A stretch of 64,000 bases of DNA from an uncultured Gemmatimonadales bacterium (GCA_963771275.1 CAVYSW010000003.1:1216001-1280000), one strand, 5' to 3'. Counted from the first letter of the stretch, positions 50,189 through 62,406 are shown. Translations and numbers: made by a program. The notes: generated from the letters alone by a model not told the origin.

Positions 50189-51513
50189 CACACCGGCGTT
50201 CGGGTCTTCCACGCTCCGCGCGTGAAATCCGGGAACTCGACGGGCTTGCTACCGCCCTTGATGGACCGCTCGGTCAACCCGATCACCGCGCTCAGGGCGG
50301 CACCGTCGTAGACGTCCTGGTCGGTGGGCGTGCCCGCGCGCAGGCACTCGATCAGCCGGTAGTCCTCGATGAAGTCCATGCCGCCGTGCCCGGCGCCGCG
50401 CGAGCGCTCCTCCAGATCGCGCCAGACGGGATGCTCGAATTCCTCGCGGTAGGTGCGCAGGTCCTCCCACTGGTGCGCGGGGCTCCGGCCCTCGATGTGG
50501 ATCTTCTCCTCCGGGTACTTGCGCGCCAGGCCCTTGGTCCCTTGCAGCACGATGTTGCGGCTGTAGGGGCGCGGCGAGTTCGTATCGTGCGTGAGGGAGA
50601 TGGTCTGACCGCGCTCGGTCCGGATCAGCGTGGTCACGACGTCCCCCAGCGCGTAGCGCTGGCGCGCCGCCGGGCTGTCGGGGCCGTCATGCTCGGCGGC
50701 CCAGAGGTTGAGCCCGCGCCCCGGTGACGCCATCGAGACGAGGTAGGCGAACCGGTTCCCACGGTTGACGTCCATCCACTGCGCGACCGGCCCCAGCCCG
50801 TGGGTGGGATAGAGGTCGGCGTTGCGCCGGATCGCGTGCGCGATGCGCCAGCGCCCGACGTAGAAGTCGGTGAGCTTGAGCTCGCGCAGGTCGTGGAGGT
50901 AGCCGCACTCGGCGTGCAGCAGCTCGCCGAACAGCCCGTGGCGGACCATGTTGAGGACCATCATCTCGGTGCGGTCGTAGCAGCAGTTCTCCATCATCAC
51001 GCAGTGCCGCCTGGTCTGTTCCGCCGTCTCGACCAGCGCCCAGCACTCCTCCAGCGTGGGGCACATCGGCACCTCGGTGGCGGCGTGCTTGCCGTTCCGC
51101 ATGGCGGCGAGGCAGACCGGCGCGTGCCATTCCCACGGCGTGGCCGTGAACACGAGATCGAGATCCTCGGTCTCGCACATGCGGCGGAAATCCTCCGGGC
51201 CGCGGGAGTAGCCTGCCGGCTCAGGCCGGCCGGCGTCGGTCACGCGCCGCTGCATCGCCGCGACGTGCTCGGGGAGCAGGTCGCAGATCGCCGTGATCTC
51301 GACGCCCTCGATCTTGAGGAAGTTGGCGACGTGGGACGAGCCCTGGTGTCCCACGCCGACGAACCCGATGCGCACCGTTTCGATGGGCGGGGCGGCGAAC
51401 GGGGTGGCTGACAGCGCGGGCTCGGCGTCGAGCGCCGAAAGGGCGCGGGTGGTGAGGCCGAGGCCGAGAGTGCCGGCGGCGGCCGACTTGAGGAAGTCAC
51501 GGCGGTCCTGCAT
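50188..51513 (-). CDS. Tat-exported Gfo/Idh/MocA protein, GH109-like
   Basis: RRDFLK Tat motif, ATPWEWH, MENCCY, YPTHGLGP and GHGGMD. Confidence 0.88.
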   Translation of the reverse strand: MQDRRDFLKSAAAGTLGLGLTTRALSALDAEPALSATPFAAPPIETVRIGFVGVGHQGSSHVANFLKIEGVEITAICDLLPEHVAAMQRRVTDAGRPEPAGYSRGPEDFRRMCETEDLDLVFTATPWEWHAPVCLAAMRNGKHAATEVPMCPTLEECWALVETAEQTRRHCVMMENCCYDRTEMMVLNMVRHGLFGELLHAECGYLHDLRELKLTDFYVGRWRIAHAIRRNADLYPTHGLGPVAQWMDVNRGNRFAYLVSMASPGRGLNLWAAEHDGPDSPAARQRYALGDVVTTLIRTERGQTISLTHDTNSPRPYSRNIVLQGTKGLARKYPEEKIHIEGRSPAHQWEDLRTYREEFEHPVWRDLEERSRGAGHGGMDFIEDYRLIECLRAGTPTDQDVYDGAALSAVIGLTERSIKGGSKPVEFPDFTRGAWKTRTPV

Positions 51514-51552
51514 GAGACGCGCTCCGGGAAGCGTGGTGCGACGAACCAGCTC

Positions 51553-52272
51553 TCAGCCCATCAGCCCACCCAACACACTCTGCAAGCCGGCGAACAGGAG
51601 ATTGACCACCACCCAGAGCGCTCCGACGATCGTCAGCGGGGTCGCGACGCTCGTCGCCCTGGTCTTGATCTGATTGCCCAGCGCCAGCAGGTAGACGTTC
51701 CACGCCCCGAACAACGTGAATTCGTTGGCCAGCTTGTAGGCGAAACCGCCCGAGTCCGGGTCGAACGCGAGACCAAGGCTGAACCGGAACCGCGCGTCGC
51801 TGGTGACGACGATCGCGATCAGCGTGGCGATTGCTCCCAGAACCTGCGGCACGTACGCGTGAGCCGCGATGGCGAATTCCTGCCGGAACGTGATCGGCGC
51901 GGGGCTCAGCCCGCCGAACACGACGCGCAGCACGGCCGCCACGATGACGATCGCGAGCAAGCCGATGGCGGCCACAAACGCGAAGGCCGTCGCCCGGCTC
52001 ACCGGGCCGGCCGCCTGCTGCACGGCACGCTCGCGCGCCTCCGGCGGGATCATGCCCGGGCGGCGCTGCTCCATGGCCTCCATCCGGTGTTGGGTCTCGC
52101 TCCGCATGATCCTGGCGGGCATGGCAAACGTCGAGCCGAACGCCACGACGAGGTACAGGATCACGGGTAGCAGCGCCCTGGGACGCGCGGCGAGCTCGGT
52201 GAAGACGGCGCCCGGTTCGTCGAGCACGCGGAGGACGAGCTGGACCGGTGACTTGGGCTGTTCAGAGTTCAC
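51553..52272 (-). CDS. Yip1 family membrane protein
   Basis: VLDEPGAVFTEL start and several TM helices. Confidence 0.75.
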   Translation of the reverse strand: MNSEQPKSPVQLVLRVLDEPGAVFTELAARPRALLPVILYLVVAFGSTFAMPARIMRSETQHRMEAMEQRRPGMIPPEARERAVQQAAGPVSRATAFAFVAAIGLLAIVIVAAVLRVVFGGLSPAPITFRQEFAIAAHAYVPQVLGAIATLIAIVVTSDARFRFSLGLAFDPDSGGFAYKLANEFTLFGAWNVYLLALGNQIKTRATSVATPLTIVGALWVVVNLLFAGLQSVLGGLMG

Positions 52273-52362
52273 GCCGCGCCTCGCTCGTGTGAAGAGGTTG
52301 TTGGCCTCGAGGCATGATGCTGGGGAAACATGGCGCGCCGGCCGGCCGGCGGAAAGGCGGTG

Positions 52363-53338
52363 TCAGCGCCTTTCCGCCTGGTCGGCGCGCTCCTGCATCG
52401 CTTCGGCCCGCGGCGTGGAGCCGAGCTGGCGGAACGCCGCCTCGGCCGCCCGGAAGCAGGTCGCGGCGTCGGCGGGCCGGCGCAAAGCGTCGTACAGCTC
52501 GCCGAGGTCCCGCTGGATTTCGGCCACGGTCCACGGATGCCGCAGCAGGGTGGCGACGTCGAGCCCCTGGCGCGCGACGCGCTCCGCCTCCGCGTGGCGG
52601 CCCTCGCCGCGCGAGATGTTCCCGAGGATGCGGAGTGCGTCGGCCTCGGCCAGCTTGTCGCCCTCGGCCCGCGCCAGGGCGAGCCCGCGCTCGACCTGGG
52701 CGCGCCCCACCCCCACCTCGCCCAGCGCGGCCATCGCCTCGCCGCGGCTGGAGAGGGCCTCGCCCACCAATCGGTTCGAGCCCGCCCGGTCGGCCGCCTC
52801 GAGCGCCCGGTCGGCCGCGGCGGCGGCGTCGGCGTAGCGGCCGAGATCGCGCGCGGTGATGGCGGTGTTGATCCACGTCTCGGCGATGCCGTGGTCGAAC
52901 GCGAGCCGCTCGAACCCGGCGCGGGCGGCGCGGTAGAAGCCGAGCGCCGCGTCGTGGCGCGCCAGGTAGAGCGAGATGTTGCCGAGGTTGTTGGAGCAGC
53001 GTGCCACGATCAGGTCGTCGCCGATCTCGCGGGCCAGCTCCATGGCCCGGCCGAAGCCCTGTTCGGCGGCGGCGAGGTCGCCGAGCCCGAAGGCGCCCGC
53101 CGCGGCGACGTTCTCGCCCCGCATCTCGCCATCGGTATCGCCGACCGTGCGGAACCCGGCCCGCGCCTCCAGCGCGAGCTTGCGGCTGAACTCGAAGTCG
53201 CCCAGCCGCCAGGCGGCCATCGCGGACAGGAGGTACCACTCGGGGGCCTCGCGCGCTTCGGGCGGCAGCTCCGCCAGCGCGACGGCGGCGTCGCGGAACC
53301 GGCCGGACCGGACGGCCACGCGCGCGGCGCGCAGGGGA

Positions 53339-53355
<17 letters not shown>
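52363..53355 (-). CDS. Tetratricopeptide repeat protein
   Basis: Repeated [10 protein letters not shown] / AETWINTAI / ALRILGNI / IQRDLGEL units; overlaps the activator stop. Confidence 0.85.
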
Positions 53356-54685
<1,330 letters not shown>

Positions 54686-54695
54686 CCGCGGTGCG

Positions 54696-55439
54696 TCAGT
54701 CGTGCGAGCCGCTGTGGTCACGATCCTCGAACGCCCCGAACGACTGCTTGATGTTCTCGTCCACGACGCTCCGGTCCGGGTTCGCGGGGTCCATCAGCAC
54801 CCCGTTCTTCACGAACCAGCGACTCACGTCCACGAAGATCGTGATGTTCGTGCTCACGCCCTGGGTTACGACGAGCTGCGGTACCAGCGTCAGCGTCTGC
54901 TCGACGTCGAGGGTGGTGGTGTACTCGAACGGCTGGCTGTTGAACGTGCCGCGCACGCGGATGCTGACGCCCGCAAAGTCGGGATGCGCCGCGAGAAACG
55001 CCTGATCGGTCGAGTCGCTGCCCTCGGCCTTATGGACCTCGAACTTGATCTCGCTGTACGTGGCGGCCGGCACCGTATCGAGCCCGAACGTCTGCTCCGC
55101 GCCGGGCGTGAGCGGCAGGCTCACGAGCACCGGACCGGCCTCGAACTTCTCGCACGGGTCGTCCTCGCCCGCGGGGGCGCATGCCGTCGTCTCCACGCGC
55201 TTGAGCTCGATCTCCCGCAGCACGATCTCCACGCTCGCATAGACCAGCGTGTCGGTGCCGATGATCGTGTCGTTCACCTGGACGACGCCCAGGCTGGGCT
55301 GGCGTGACAGGCTCGCGGCGGTCTGCGCCTGCGTCGCGAACGACACCTGGACGCTGGCGTTGTGACCCTGGTCGCTCGTCGTCAGGCAGCCCAGCGCGCC
55401 GAGCAGGAGCAGAACTACGGGAATGCGCTTCACGGTCAT
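54696..55439 (-). CDS. Lipoprotein, DUF4382-like (paralog 2)
   Basis: GGAGG RBS, LGALGC lipobox, IVLREIELK and C-terminal [12 protein letters not shown]. Confidence 0.7.
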   Translation of the reverse strand: MTVKRIPVVLLLLGALGCLTTSDQGHNASVQVSFATQAQTAASLSRQPSLGVVQVNDTIIGTDTLVYASVEIVLREIELKRVETTACAPAGEDDPCEKFEAGPVLVSLPLTPGAEQTFGLDTVPAATYSEIKFEVHKAEGSDSTDQAFLAAHPDFAGVSIRVRGTFNSQPFEYTTTLDVEQTLTLVPQLVVTQGVSTNITIFVDVSRWFVKNGVLMDPANPDRSVVDENIKQSFGAFEDRDHSGSHD

Positions 55440-55457
55440 GCCTCCGGATGCGGTGCG

Positions 55458-55485
55458 GCCGGGCGGCGCAGGGGCGCCGCCCGGC
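55458..55485. terminator. Intergenic 12-bp hairpin
   Basis: GCCGGGCGGCGC-AGGG-GCGCCGCCCGGC perfect stem; no U-tract in the operon direction. Confidence 0.45.
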
Positions 55486-55526
55486 TCTTGCAAGCTAATC
55501 CTCCACCACGCGGCTCGCGTCAAGCC

Positions 55527-56273
55527 TCAGTCGTCGTGGCCGTCGCGGTCGTCGTCCTCGAACGAGCGGAACGACCGCTTGATGTTCTCTTTCACGAGGC
55601 TCTCGTTCGCGCCGCCGTGGTTGGCCGACGCCGGGTCCACCAGCGCCTGACCGCTCCGGAACCACGAGGACAGGTCGATCCCCATCGTGACGTTGACCGC
55701 GCTGGTCGAGTCGGCCACGACGATCGGGGTCGTGAGCTCGTTCTCCTGCTCGACGTCGAGGTCGGATTCGTAGACGAATGCGGTCCCGTTGAACGTGCCC
55801 TCGAGCCGGATGCTGAGCCCGTCGAGATCGGGGTACTGCGTGATCAGCGCCTGGTCCGCGCTGCCCTCGAGCTTGTGCACCTCGAAATCGAGCTCGTTGT
55901 ACGTGCCGGGCGGGATCGCGATGGTGATCGCGGTCGCGACCTGGCCGTCGAGCGGCAGGCTCACGACCATCGGGTCGGTCTTGAACTCTTCGCAGCCGTC
56001 CTCGTCACCGGCGGGACCGGTCGAGTCACACGCCATCCCGTCGGCGCGCTTGAGCTCGACCTGCCGGAGCACGATCTGCGCCTTGGTGATGATCAGCACG
56101 TCGCTGCCCGAGATGATCGTATCGTCGAGCGCGGCCACGCTGCTGAACGCGGGTGCGCCGCCCGGCTTCGTCGTGAACGACAGCGACGCCGTGGGCCCAC
56201 CCGGGCCGGTTCCCGTACTGCAGGCGGCGGCAACCGCCGCCACACCCAGTGCCGTCAAGACTCGATTGCGCAT
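55527..56273 (-). CDS. Lipoprotein, DUF4382-like (paralog 1)
   Basis: GGAGG RBS, VAAAC lipobox, IVLRQVELK and C-terminal ENIKRSFRSFED. Confidence 0.72.
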   Translation of the reverse strand: MRNRVLTALGVAAVAAACSTGTGPGGPTASLSFTTKPGGAPAFSSVAALDDTIISGSDVLIITKAQIVLRQVELKRADGMACDSTGPAGDEDGCEEFKTDPMVVSLPLDGQVATAITIAIPPGTYNELDFEVHKLEGSADQALITQYPDLDGLSIRLEGTFNGTAFVYESDLDVEQENELTTPIVVADSTSAVNVTMGIDLSSWFRSGQALVDPASANHGGANESLVKENIKRSFRSFEDDDRDGHDD

Positions 56274-56348
56274 GGTACCCCTCCCGTTTGGTTCGCTTCG
56301 CTCGGTTGCCCGTCGCGACCGTCCGTCGGCCGCTCGGCCAGCCTGAGT

Positions 56349-56365
56349 CGCAAGCCGGGGACCAC
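56349..56365 (-). promoter_or_regulatory. Putative sigma-54 (-24/-12) promoter
   Basis: Minus strand TGGTCCCCGGCTTGC = GG-N10-GC, about 75 nt upstream of the lipoprotein ATG. Confidence 0.55.
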
Positions 56366-56452
56366 GTGGGGCACGGGTGATCAGGCGTCAGTAATGCTAT
56401 AGCGTATAATGTGTTACAGGCGCATGTGCCGCCGGTCGTAAGTCGCGCGTAC

Positions 56453-56493
56453 TGGCTCGTTTCGAGACAGATGGGCTGTTCTGGCGCGTGACA
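56453..56493. promoter_or_regulatory. Paired putative enhancer (UAS) sites
   Basis: Two 17-bp sites, TGGCTCGTTTCGAGACA and TGTTCTGGCGCGTGACA (TGT-N11-ACA type), 24 bp apart start to start. Confidence 0.45.
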
Positions 56494-56534
56494 CCCGGCG
56501 GGGGAGGCTGGCGGCATTTAGATTGGCTGCCACT

Positions 56535-58158
56535 ATGCGGAAGCTCATCCAGTGGTCGGCCGTCGCGGCCGTCGACGGCGGCCGCCGGCTGCCGGTCCGA
56601 GGCCCCGTGTCCCGAGTGCGGCAGCGCGGTGATCGCCGCGGGCGCCGACGCCGACATTCTGCTCCCCGCGTTGACGCAGGGCGTGGGGCGCCAGGTGTCG
56701 GATCAGATCTTCCTCAAGCTCGCCGACGTCGGGACCGCGACGAACACGGTGGGCGACTCGGGGTTCGTGCCGCGCCTCGCCGAGTCGTGGCGGTTCGAGA
56801 ATCCGCTGACGCTGGTGTTCCGGCTCGATCCGCGGGCGCGCTGGCAGGACGGCGTCCCGGTCACCGCCCGCGACGTGGCCTTCACGTTCGCCGCGTACCG
56901 CGACACGCTGCTCGACGCGCCCGCCCTCCCGCTGCTCGCGGACATCGATTCGGTCACGGTGCGGGACGAGCGGACCGCGGTGGTCCATTTCCGGCGCGCG
57001 TATCCCGAGCAGTTCTTTGACGCCACGCACCACGTGCGGATCCTGCCGGCGCACCTGCTCGATTCGGTGCCGCGCGAGCGTTGGCGCACGCATCCGTTCG
57101 CCCGCAACCCGGTGGGCGACGGCCCGTATCGGCTGGCGAGCTGGCGGCCCGGCGAGTCGATCGAGCTCGCGGCCGACTCGTCGTTCTTCCAGGGACCGCC
57201 CGGCATCGGCCGGCTGATCTGGCGCATCGCGCCGGACTTCAACGCGGCGATCACGCAGCTCATCGCGGGCGAGGCCGACATCATCGAGACGATCGTCGGC
57301 GCGGAGAACGTCGAGCGCGTCAAGCGCGACTCGGCGCTGCGGCTCGTCGAGTATCCGTCGCCCGCCTACGCCTACCTGGGGTTCAACCTGCGCGACCCGC
57401 GCGATCCCGCGCGACCCAACGCGCTGTTCGGCGACCGCGGACTGCGGCGCGCGCTGGCGCTCGCGATCGATCGGAAGGCGCTGGTCGAGGCGGTGCTGGG
57501 CGGGTACGGCATCGTTCCCCCGGGCCCCACCACGCCGATGGTGTCGATCGCGGACGGCGCGCCACCCCAGCTGCCGTTCGATTCGGTTCACGCCGCCCGG
57601 CTGCTCGACAGCCTCGGTTGGCGGCGCGGCGCCGGCGACTCGCTGAGGACCCGCGACGGCCGCCGGCTCGGGTTCGAGGTGCTCTACCCCAGCTCGAGCG
57701 GCATCCGGCAGCGCGCCGCCGTGATCCTCCAGGAACAGCTCCACAGAGTGGGCGTGGAGCTCAGGATCACGCCGATCGAGCTCAACGTCTGGCTCGACCG
57801 CGCCCGCACGGGCCGGTTCGACGCGATCATCGGCGGCTGGCAGATCGATCTGCCGCCCAGCGGGCTGCGCGAGCTGTGGGGCAGCGCCGGGATCGGCGGC
57901 TCGAACTACGACCGCTACTCGAGCCCGACGTTCGACAGCCTGATCGCGCGGGCGGGAACCGCGACCAACCCGGTCGCCGCGCGGCGCCTGTGGCATCAGG
58001 CGATCGACACGATCAACCAGGACGCGCCCGCGGTCTGGCTGTTCAGCCCCACGATGTTCGCCGGCCTGAGCCGCCGCATCGCGAACGTGACGATCCGGCC
58101 GGACGAGTGGTGGGCGACGCTGTGGACGTGGAAGGCGGGACGGAGGGAGAGCCGATAG
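56535..58158 (+). CDS. Peptide ABC transporter substrate-binding lipoprotein (OppA/DppA family), +1 frameshift near 56574
   Basis: PRLAESW, WQDGVPVTARDVAFTF and PVGDGPYRL; deleting one G joins MRKLIQWSAVAAV to TAAAGC (lipobox). Confidence 0.85.
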
Positions 58159-58221
58159 CCGATAGCCGTTAGCCGATTGCCGAACGCTCCCGGCCATCGG
58201 CTGTCGGCCATCGGCCATTGG
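58150..58221. repeat. Heptamer palindromic element
   Basis: AGCCGAT-type x5 opposed by GGCCATC-type x4. Confidence 0.8.
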
Positions 58222-58258
58222 GTCAGCGGCCCACGGCCAAGTCCGTATATTCCCGTCC

Positions 58259-60061
58259 ATGTTGATCGCCCTCGCCCAAACCCATCCCCGCAAGGCCGAT
58301 TACGCCGGCAACCTGCGGCGGATCGGCGCGGTGCTGGCGCAGGTCGGGCGCTGGCCGGAGCCGCCGGGAATCGTGGTGTTCGGGGAGACGGCCGTGTCCG
58401 GCTATTTCCTCGAGGGCGGCACGCGCGACGCGGCCGTGAGCGCGGGGACGCTGTACCGCGATCTCATGCTGCAGCACCAGGCGGTGGGCGCGCCACAGCT
58501 CGACGTGTGCATCGGGTTCTACGAGCGGTTTCACAGCCGGATCTTCAACTCCGCCCTCTACGCCACGCTGGGCAGCGCGCAGGCGGGCATCCGGCACATC
58601 CACCGCAAGGTGTTTCTCCCGACCTACGGCCTGTTCGACGAGGAGCGGTTCGTCGACGCCGGAACGGCCATCCAGGCGTTCGACACGGCGTTCGGGCGCG
58701 TGGCGATGCTGATCTGCGAAGACGCGTGGCACTCGATGTCGGCGACGCTCGCGGCGCTCGACGGCGCGCAGCTGCTGCTGGTGCCGAGCGCGTCGCCCGC
58801 CCGGGGCATCGCGCCGTCGGCGGCGGGCACGGTCAACAACACCGAGGCGTGGGAGCGCGTGATGCGGCGCGCCGCCGAAGAGCATGGCGTCTACGTCGCG
58901 CTGACGCAGATCGTGGGGTTCGAGGGGGGCAAGGGGTTCCAGGGCCGCTCGATGCTGGTCGGCCCTGACGGCCAGGTGATGGCCGCGGCGCCGGTGTTCG
59001 AGGAGGCGATCGTGCAGGGGCGGCTCGATCGGCGGGCGCTGGTGCGCGCGCGCTACGACCAGCCGCTGCTCGGCGACCTCGAGGTGGCGCTGCCCAATCT
59101 GCTGGCGCGTGCGCACGGCCAGCGCACCGAGCCGGTGCGCTACGACGGCTCCGAAGGGCCGGCGCAGCCCGCCATCCGGGTCCAGCCCGCCACCCTGCCG
59201 ATCGTCAGCCCACGCCCGGGCGCCGACCCGCTCGCAATCGATCCGGCGCTGGTGGAGCGCTGGCTGGTGGCGTTCCTCCGGGAGGAAGTGGTCCAGCGGC
59301 GCGGGTTCACCAGGGGGCTGGTGGCGCTGTCGGGCGGCGTGGACAGCGCGGTGACCGCCGCGATCGCGGCGCGCGCCCTCGGCGCGCAGAACGTGACCGG
59401 CGTGCGGCTGCCGTACCGCACGTCGTCGCCCGAGAGCCTGAAGCACGCCGAGATCGTGGCCAAGGCGCTGGGCATCTCCCTCACGACGATCGACATCACC
59501 CAGGCGGTCGACGCCTTCTGCGCCGCGGGCGGCAATGACGCGGACGCCGCGCGGCGCGGCAACGTGATGGCGCGGATGCGGATGATCGCGCTGTTCGATC
59601 TGTCGGCCAAGCACAAGGCGCTGCCACTCGGCACCGGCAACAAGAGCGAGCGCCTGCTGGGCTACTTCACCTGGCACGCCGACGACTCGCCGCCGGTGAA
59701 CCCGCTGGGCGACCTGTTCAAGACCCAGGTCTGGCAGCTCGCCCGGCATCTCGGCATCCCGGACGAGGTGATCGCCAAGCCGGCGAGCGCCGATCTGCTG
59801 TCGGGCCAGACCGACGAGGCCGATCTCGGCATCGGCTACGACAGGGCCGACCGCATTCTCCACGGGCTGCTCACCGGGCTCGAGCCCGACGAGATCGCCG
59901 CCCAGGGATTCACGCCCGCCGAGGTGAAGCTGGTGCGCGACCGGCTCGAGGGCACGCACTGGAAGCGCAAGCTCCCCACCGTGGCGATGCTGTCGTCCTC
60001 CGCGATCGGCGAGAACTACCTCCGACCGGTGGACTACGGGTCGCACCCGGAGAAGGCGTGA
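58259..60061 (+). CDS. nadE: Glutamine-dependent NAD+ synthetase
   Basis: Nitrilase domain (LPTYGLFDEERF, ICEDAW) plus synthetase domain (LSGGVDS, GTGNKSE, DLFKTQV). Confidence 0.95.
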   Translation: MLIALAQTHPRKADYAGNLRRIGAVLAQVGRWPEPPGIVVFGETAVSGYFLEGGTRDAAVSAGTLYRDLMLQHQAVGAPQLDVCIGFYERFHSRIFNSALYATLGSAQAGIRHIHRKVFLPTYGLFDEERFVDAGTAIQAFDTAFGRVAMLICEDAWHSMSATLAALDGAQLLLVPSASPARGIAPSAAGTVNNTEAWERVMRRAAEEHGVYVALTQIVGFEGGKGFQGRSMLVGPDGQVMAAAPVFEEAIVQGRLDRRALVRARYDQPLLGDLEVALPNLLARAHGQRTEPVRYDGSEGPAQPAIRVQPATLPIVSPRPGADPLAIDPALVERWLVAFLREEVVQRRGFTRGLVALSGGVDSAVTAAIAARALGAQNVTGVRLPYRTSSPESLKHAEIVAKALGISLTTIDITQAVDAFCAAGGNDADAARRGNVMARMRMIALFDLSAKHKALPLGTGNKSERLLGYFTWHADDSPPVNPLGDLFKTQVWQLARHLGIPDEVIAKPASADLLSGQTDEADLGIGYDRADRILHGLLTGLEPDEIAAQGFTPAEVKLVRDRLEGTHWKRKLPTVAMLSSSAIGENYLRPVDYGSHPEKA

Positions 60062-60618
60062 AGCCGCCCCGCACATCCCCGCGCCAGGGGCAGGAGCGGC
60101 AGGGGCCGCCGCCGCCGCAGGGGCAGCGAGGGCAGTTGGGGGGGCCGACTCCGGTTTCCGCGTCCCGCGCCGTCATGTCCGAGCTGATGATGCCGCACAT
60201 GGGCAACAATCTCGGTCACGTGTTCGGTGGAGTGATCCTCTCGCTGGTAGACCGGGTGGCGGCCGTCGCCGCGATCCGGCACGCGCGCCGGCCGTGCGTC
60301 ACGGTGTCGGTAGACCGGGTGGATTTCCACCTGCCGATCCATCTGGGGGAGCTGGTCACGGCCCACGCCAGCGTGAACTTCGTCGGCCGGACGTCGATGG
60401 AAGTGGGAGTGCGGATCGAGGCCGAGCAGCTGCTCACCGGTGAGCGGCGCCACACCAACAGCTGCTACGTCACGTTCGTCGCGATCGACGAGGCGGGGCA
60501 CCCGATCGCGGTTCCGCCGCTCGTGCTGGAGACCGACGAGGACCGGCGGCGCCACGCGGGCGCGGCGGCGCGGCGGCGGCGCCGGCTGGAGGAGCGCCAG
60601 AGCGAGGCCGGGCGGTGA
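60058..60618 (+). CDS. Acyl-CoA thioesterase, YciA family (start uncertain)
   Basis: NNLGHVFGG, GRTSMEVGV and TFVAID. Confidence 0.9.
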   Translation: MKPPRTSPRQGQERQGPPPPQGQRGQLGGPTPVSASRAVMSELMMPHMGNNLGHVFGGVILSLVDRVAAVAAIRHARRPCVTVSVDRVDFHLPIHLGELVTAHASVNFVGRTSMEVGVRIEAEQLLTGERRHTNSCYVTFVAIDEAGHPIAVPPLVLETDEDRRRHAGAAARRRRRLEERQSEAGR

Positions 60619-61463
60619 CGCGCGTGGTGTGTGCCCTGAGCGGCGGCGGTGCCAAGACCGCCGCGCATCTCGGGGCGCTCCGGGCGCTGTACGAGCGCGG
60701 GCTCCGGCCGAGCCACTACGTGGCGAGCTCGATGGGGGCGGTGGTCGCCGCGGCCGCCGCGGCGGGCGTGGACTACGACGTCCAGCTCGACCGGCTGGTG
60801 CGGCTGAGGCGGCGCGACGTCGCGGTGCTCTCGCCCAAGGCGCTGATGGGGTTGTACGGCCGGGGCCTGTTCCGCCCCGAGCCGTTGCGGCGCACGATCG
60901 CCGCCCTGGTTCCCGCCGAGCGGTTTCAGGACCTCGGCGTGGCGCTCACCATCACCGTCGTGGATCTCGATTCGGGCGAGCTGGTGCTGCTCGGGGCGGG
61001 CGGGCGCGACGACGTGCCGCTGCACGACGCGCTGCTCGCCACCTGCGCGCTGCCGATCTACTACCCGCCCGTGGTGATCGGCGGGCGGCGCTACGTGGAC
61101 GGCGGCCTGCGCGCGGTGCTGCCAATCGACGTCGCGGCCCGGTTCGAGCCGGACCTGATCTTCGCGGTGGACGTGGGGCCGGGGTTCGACGAGCTGCCGG
61201 CCGAGCGCCACTCGCCGATCCCGCCGCTGGTCCGGCTGCACGGCGAGGTGTTGCGCGTGATGATGGCGGCGCAGACCAAGGCGACGCTCGCGGCGTGGAG
61301 CGGGCGGAGCGAGCCACGCGTGGTCGTCGTGCGGCCGGCGGTGCGGGCGGAGACGACGTTCGCGCTCGAGCGGACGCCGCTCTACGTGGAGGAAGGGTAT
61401 CGGGCGGCGGTGCGGGCGCTGGGAGGGGAGGTTAGGTTCGGGGGTGGGAAAAGTGAAAAGTGA
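60615..61463 (+). CDS. Patatin-like phospholipase
   Basis: LSGGGAK, ASSMG nucleophile elbow and YVDGG. Confidence 0.9.
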   Translation: MTRVVCALSGGGAKTAAHLGALRALYERGLRPSHYVASSMGAVVAAAAAAGVDYDVQLDRLVRLRRRDVAVLSPKALMGLYGRGLFRPEPLRRTIAALVPAERFQDLGVALTITVVDLDSGELVLLGAGGRDDVPLHDALLATCALPIYYPPVVIGGRRYVDGGLRAVLPIDVAARFEPDLIFAVDVGPGFDELPAERHSPIPPLVRLHGEVLRVMMAAQTKATLAAWSGRSEPRVVVVRPAVRAETTFALERTPLYVEEGYRAAVRALGGEVRFGGGKSEK

Positions 61464-61494
61464 AAAGTGAAAAGTGAAAAGTGAAAAGTGAAAA
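61448..61494. repeat. Perfect heptamer tandem repeat (GAAAAGT)6
   Basis: Six perfect copies plus GAAAA. Confidence 0.95.
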
Positions 61495-61913
61495 AGACCT
61501 ATTTCACCATCGACGAGGCCAATCGCACGCTGCCGCTGGTGCGGAAGATCGTCCAGGACATCGTGGACGACTACCGGCACTGGAAAGAGGCGCTGGCGCG
61601 CTACGAGCTGGCGGCCGCGTCGCAGCGCTCCGCGAGCGGCGAGTCCGATGAGGTGGTGACGCGGCGGCGGGAAGTGGACGATCTGGCCGAGCGGATCAAC
61701 GGCTATATCGCGGAGCTCGAGCAAGTGGGCTGCGTGCTCAAGGGGTTCGACGAGGGGCTGGTGGATTTCCGGGGGCGGATCGAGCAACGCGACGTGTGGC
61801 TGTGCTGGCGGCTGGGGGAACCCGACGTGTCGCACTGGCACGAGCTCGACGCCGGGTTCCAGTCGCGCCAGCCGATTGTGCCGGCGCACGCGGAAGAGGG
61901 ATCTGACCGGTGA
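61488..61913 (+). CDS. DUF2203 protein
   Basis: FTIDEANRTLP, GLVDF, LCWRLGE and WHELDAGF. Confidence 0.9.
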   Translation: MKKTYFTIDEANRTLPLVRKIVQDIVDDYRHWKEALARYELAAASQRSASGESDEVVTRRREVDDLAERINGYIAELEQVGCVLKGFDEGLVDFRGRIEQRDVWLCWRLGEPDVSHWHELDAGFQSRQPIVPAHAEEGSDR

Positions 61914-62377
61914 CGATCGCGCTGTTCCTGCACGTGATCGGGATCAGCCTGTGGTTGGGTGCCGGGGCTGTGGTCCTGCTGGTGGGAGCGGCGGGAGCGG
62001 CAGACGCGGCAGGAACGGGCCGCGCGGCCCGGCTCGCCCTGCTGAGCCGGATCTACGGTATGCTCGTGGCGCCGGGCGCGGTGCTCGCGACGGCCTCGGG
62101 GATCGCGCTCACGATGCTGGTCTACAGCCGCGGCCTGAGCGCGCGGCTCGGCACGGCGGCGGTGGGCATGGAGGCCGTCGGCCTGCTGGCCGGCGTGCTC
62201 GAAATCTTCGTCACGTTCCCCGCGGCCCAGCGGCTCGGCCGCGTGATCGCCGGCGCGGACCCGGCGGACCCGAAGGCCGGCGAGCGGCTGCGGCGCCGCG
62301 TCACGGCCATGCTGCGCGTGACGCTCGCGCTGGTCGTGATCGCCACCCTGCTTGGCGTGGTTCCAACTCCCGAGTGA
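61910..62377 (+). CDS. Hypothetical four-TM membrane protein
   Basis: FLHVIGISLWLG start and four hydrophobic helices; GTGA overlap. Confidence 0.7.
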   Translation: MTIALFLHVIGISLWLGAGAVVLLVGAAGAADAAGTGRAARLALLSRIYGMLVAPGAVLATASGIALTMLVYSRGLSARLGTAAVGMEAVGLLAGVLEIFVTFPAAQRLGRVIAGADPADPKAGERLRRRVTAMLRVTLALVVIATLLGVVPTPE

Positions 62378-62406
62378 CCGCCCGCCCGCCGCTGGCCCTG
62401 GCCGCC

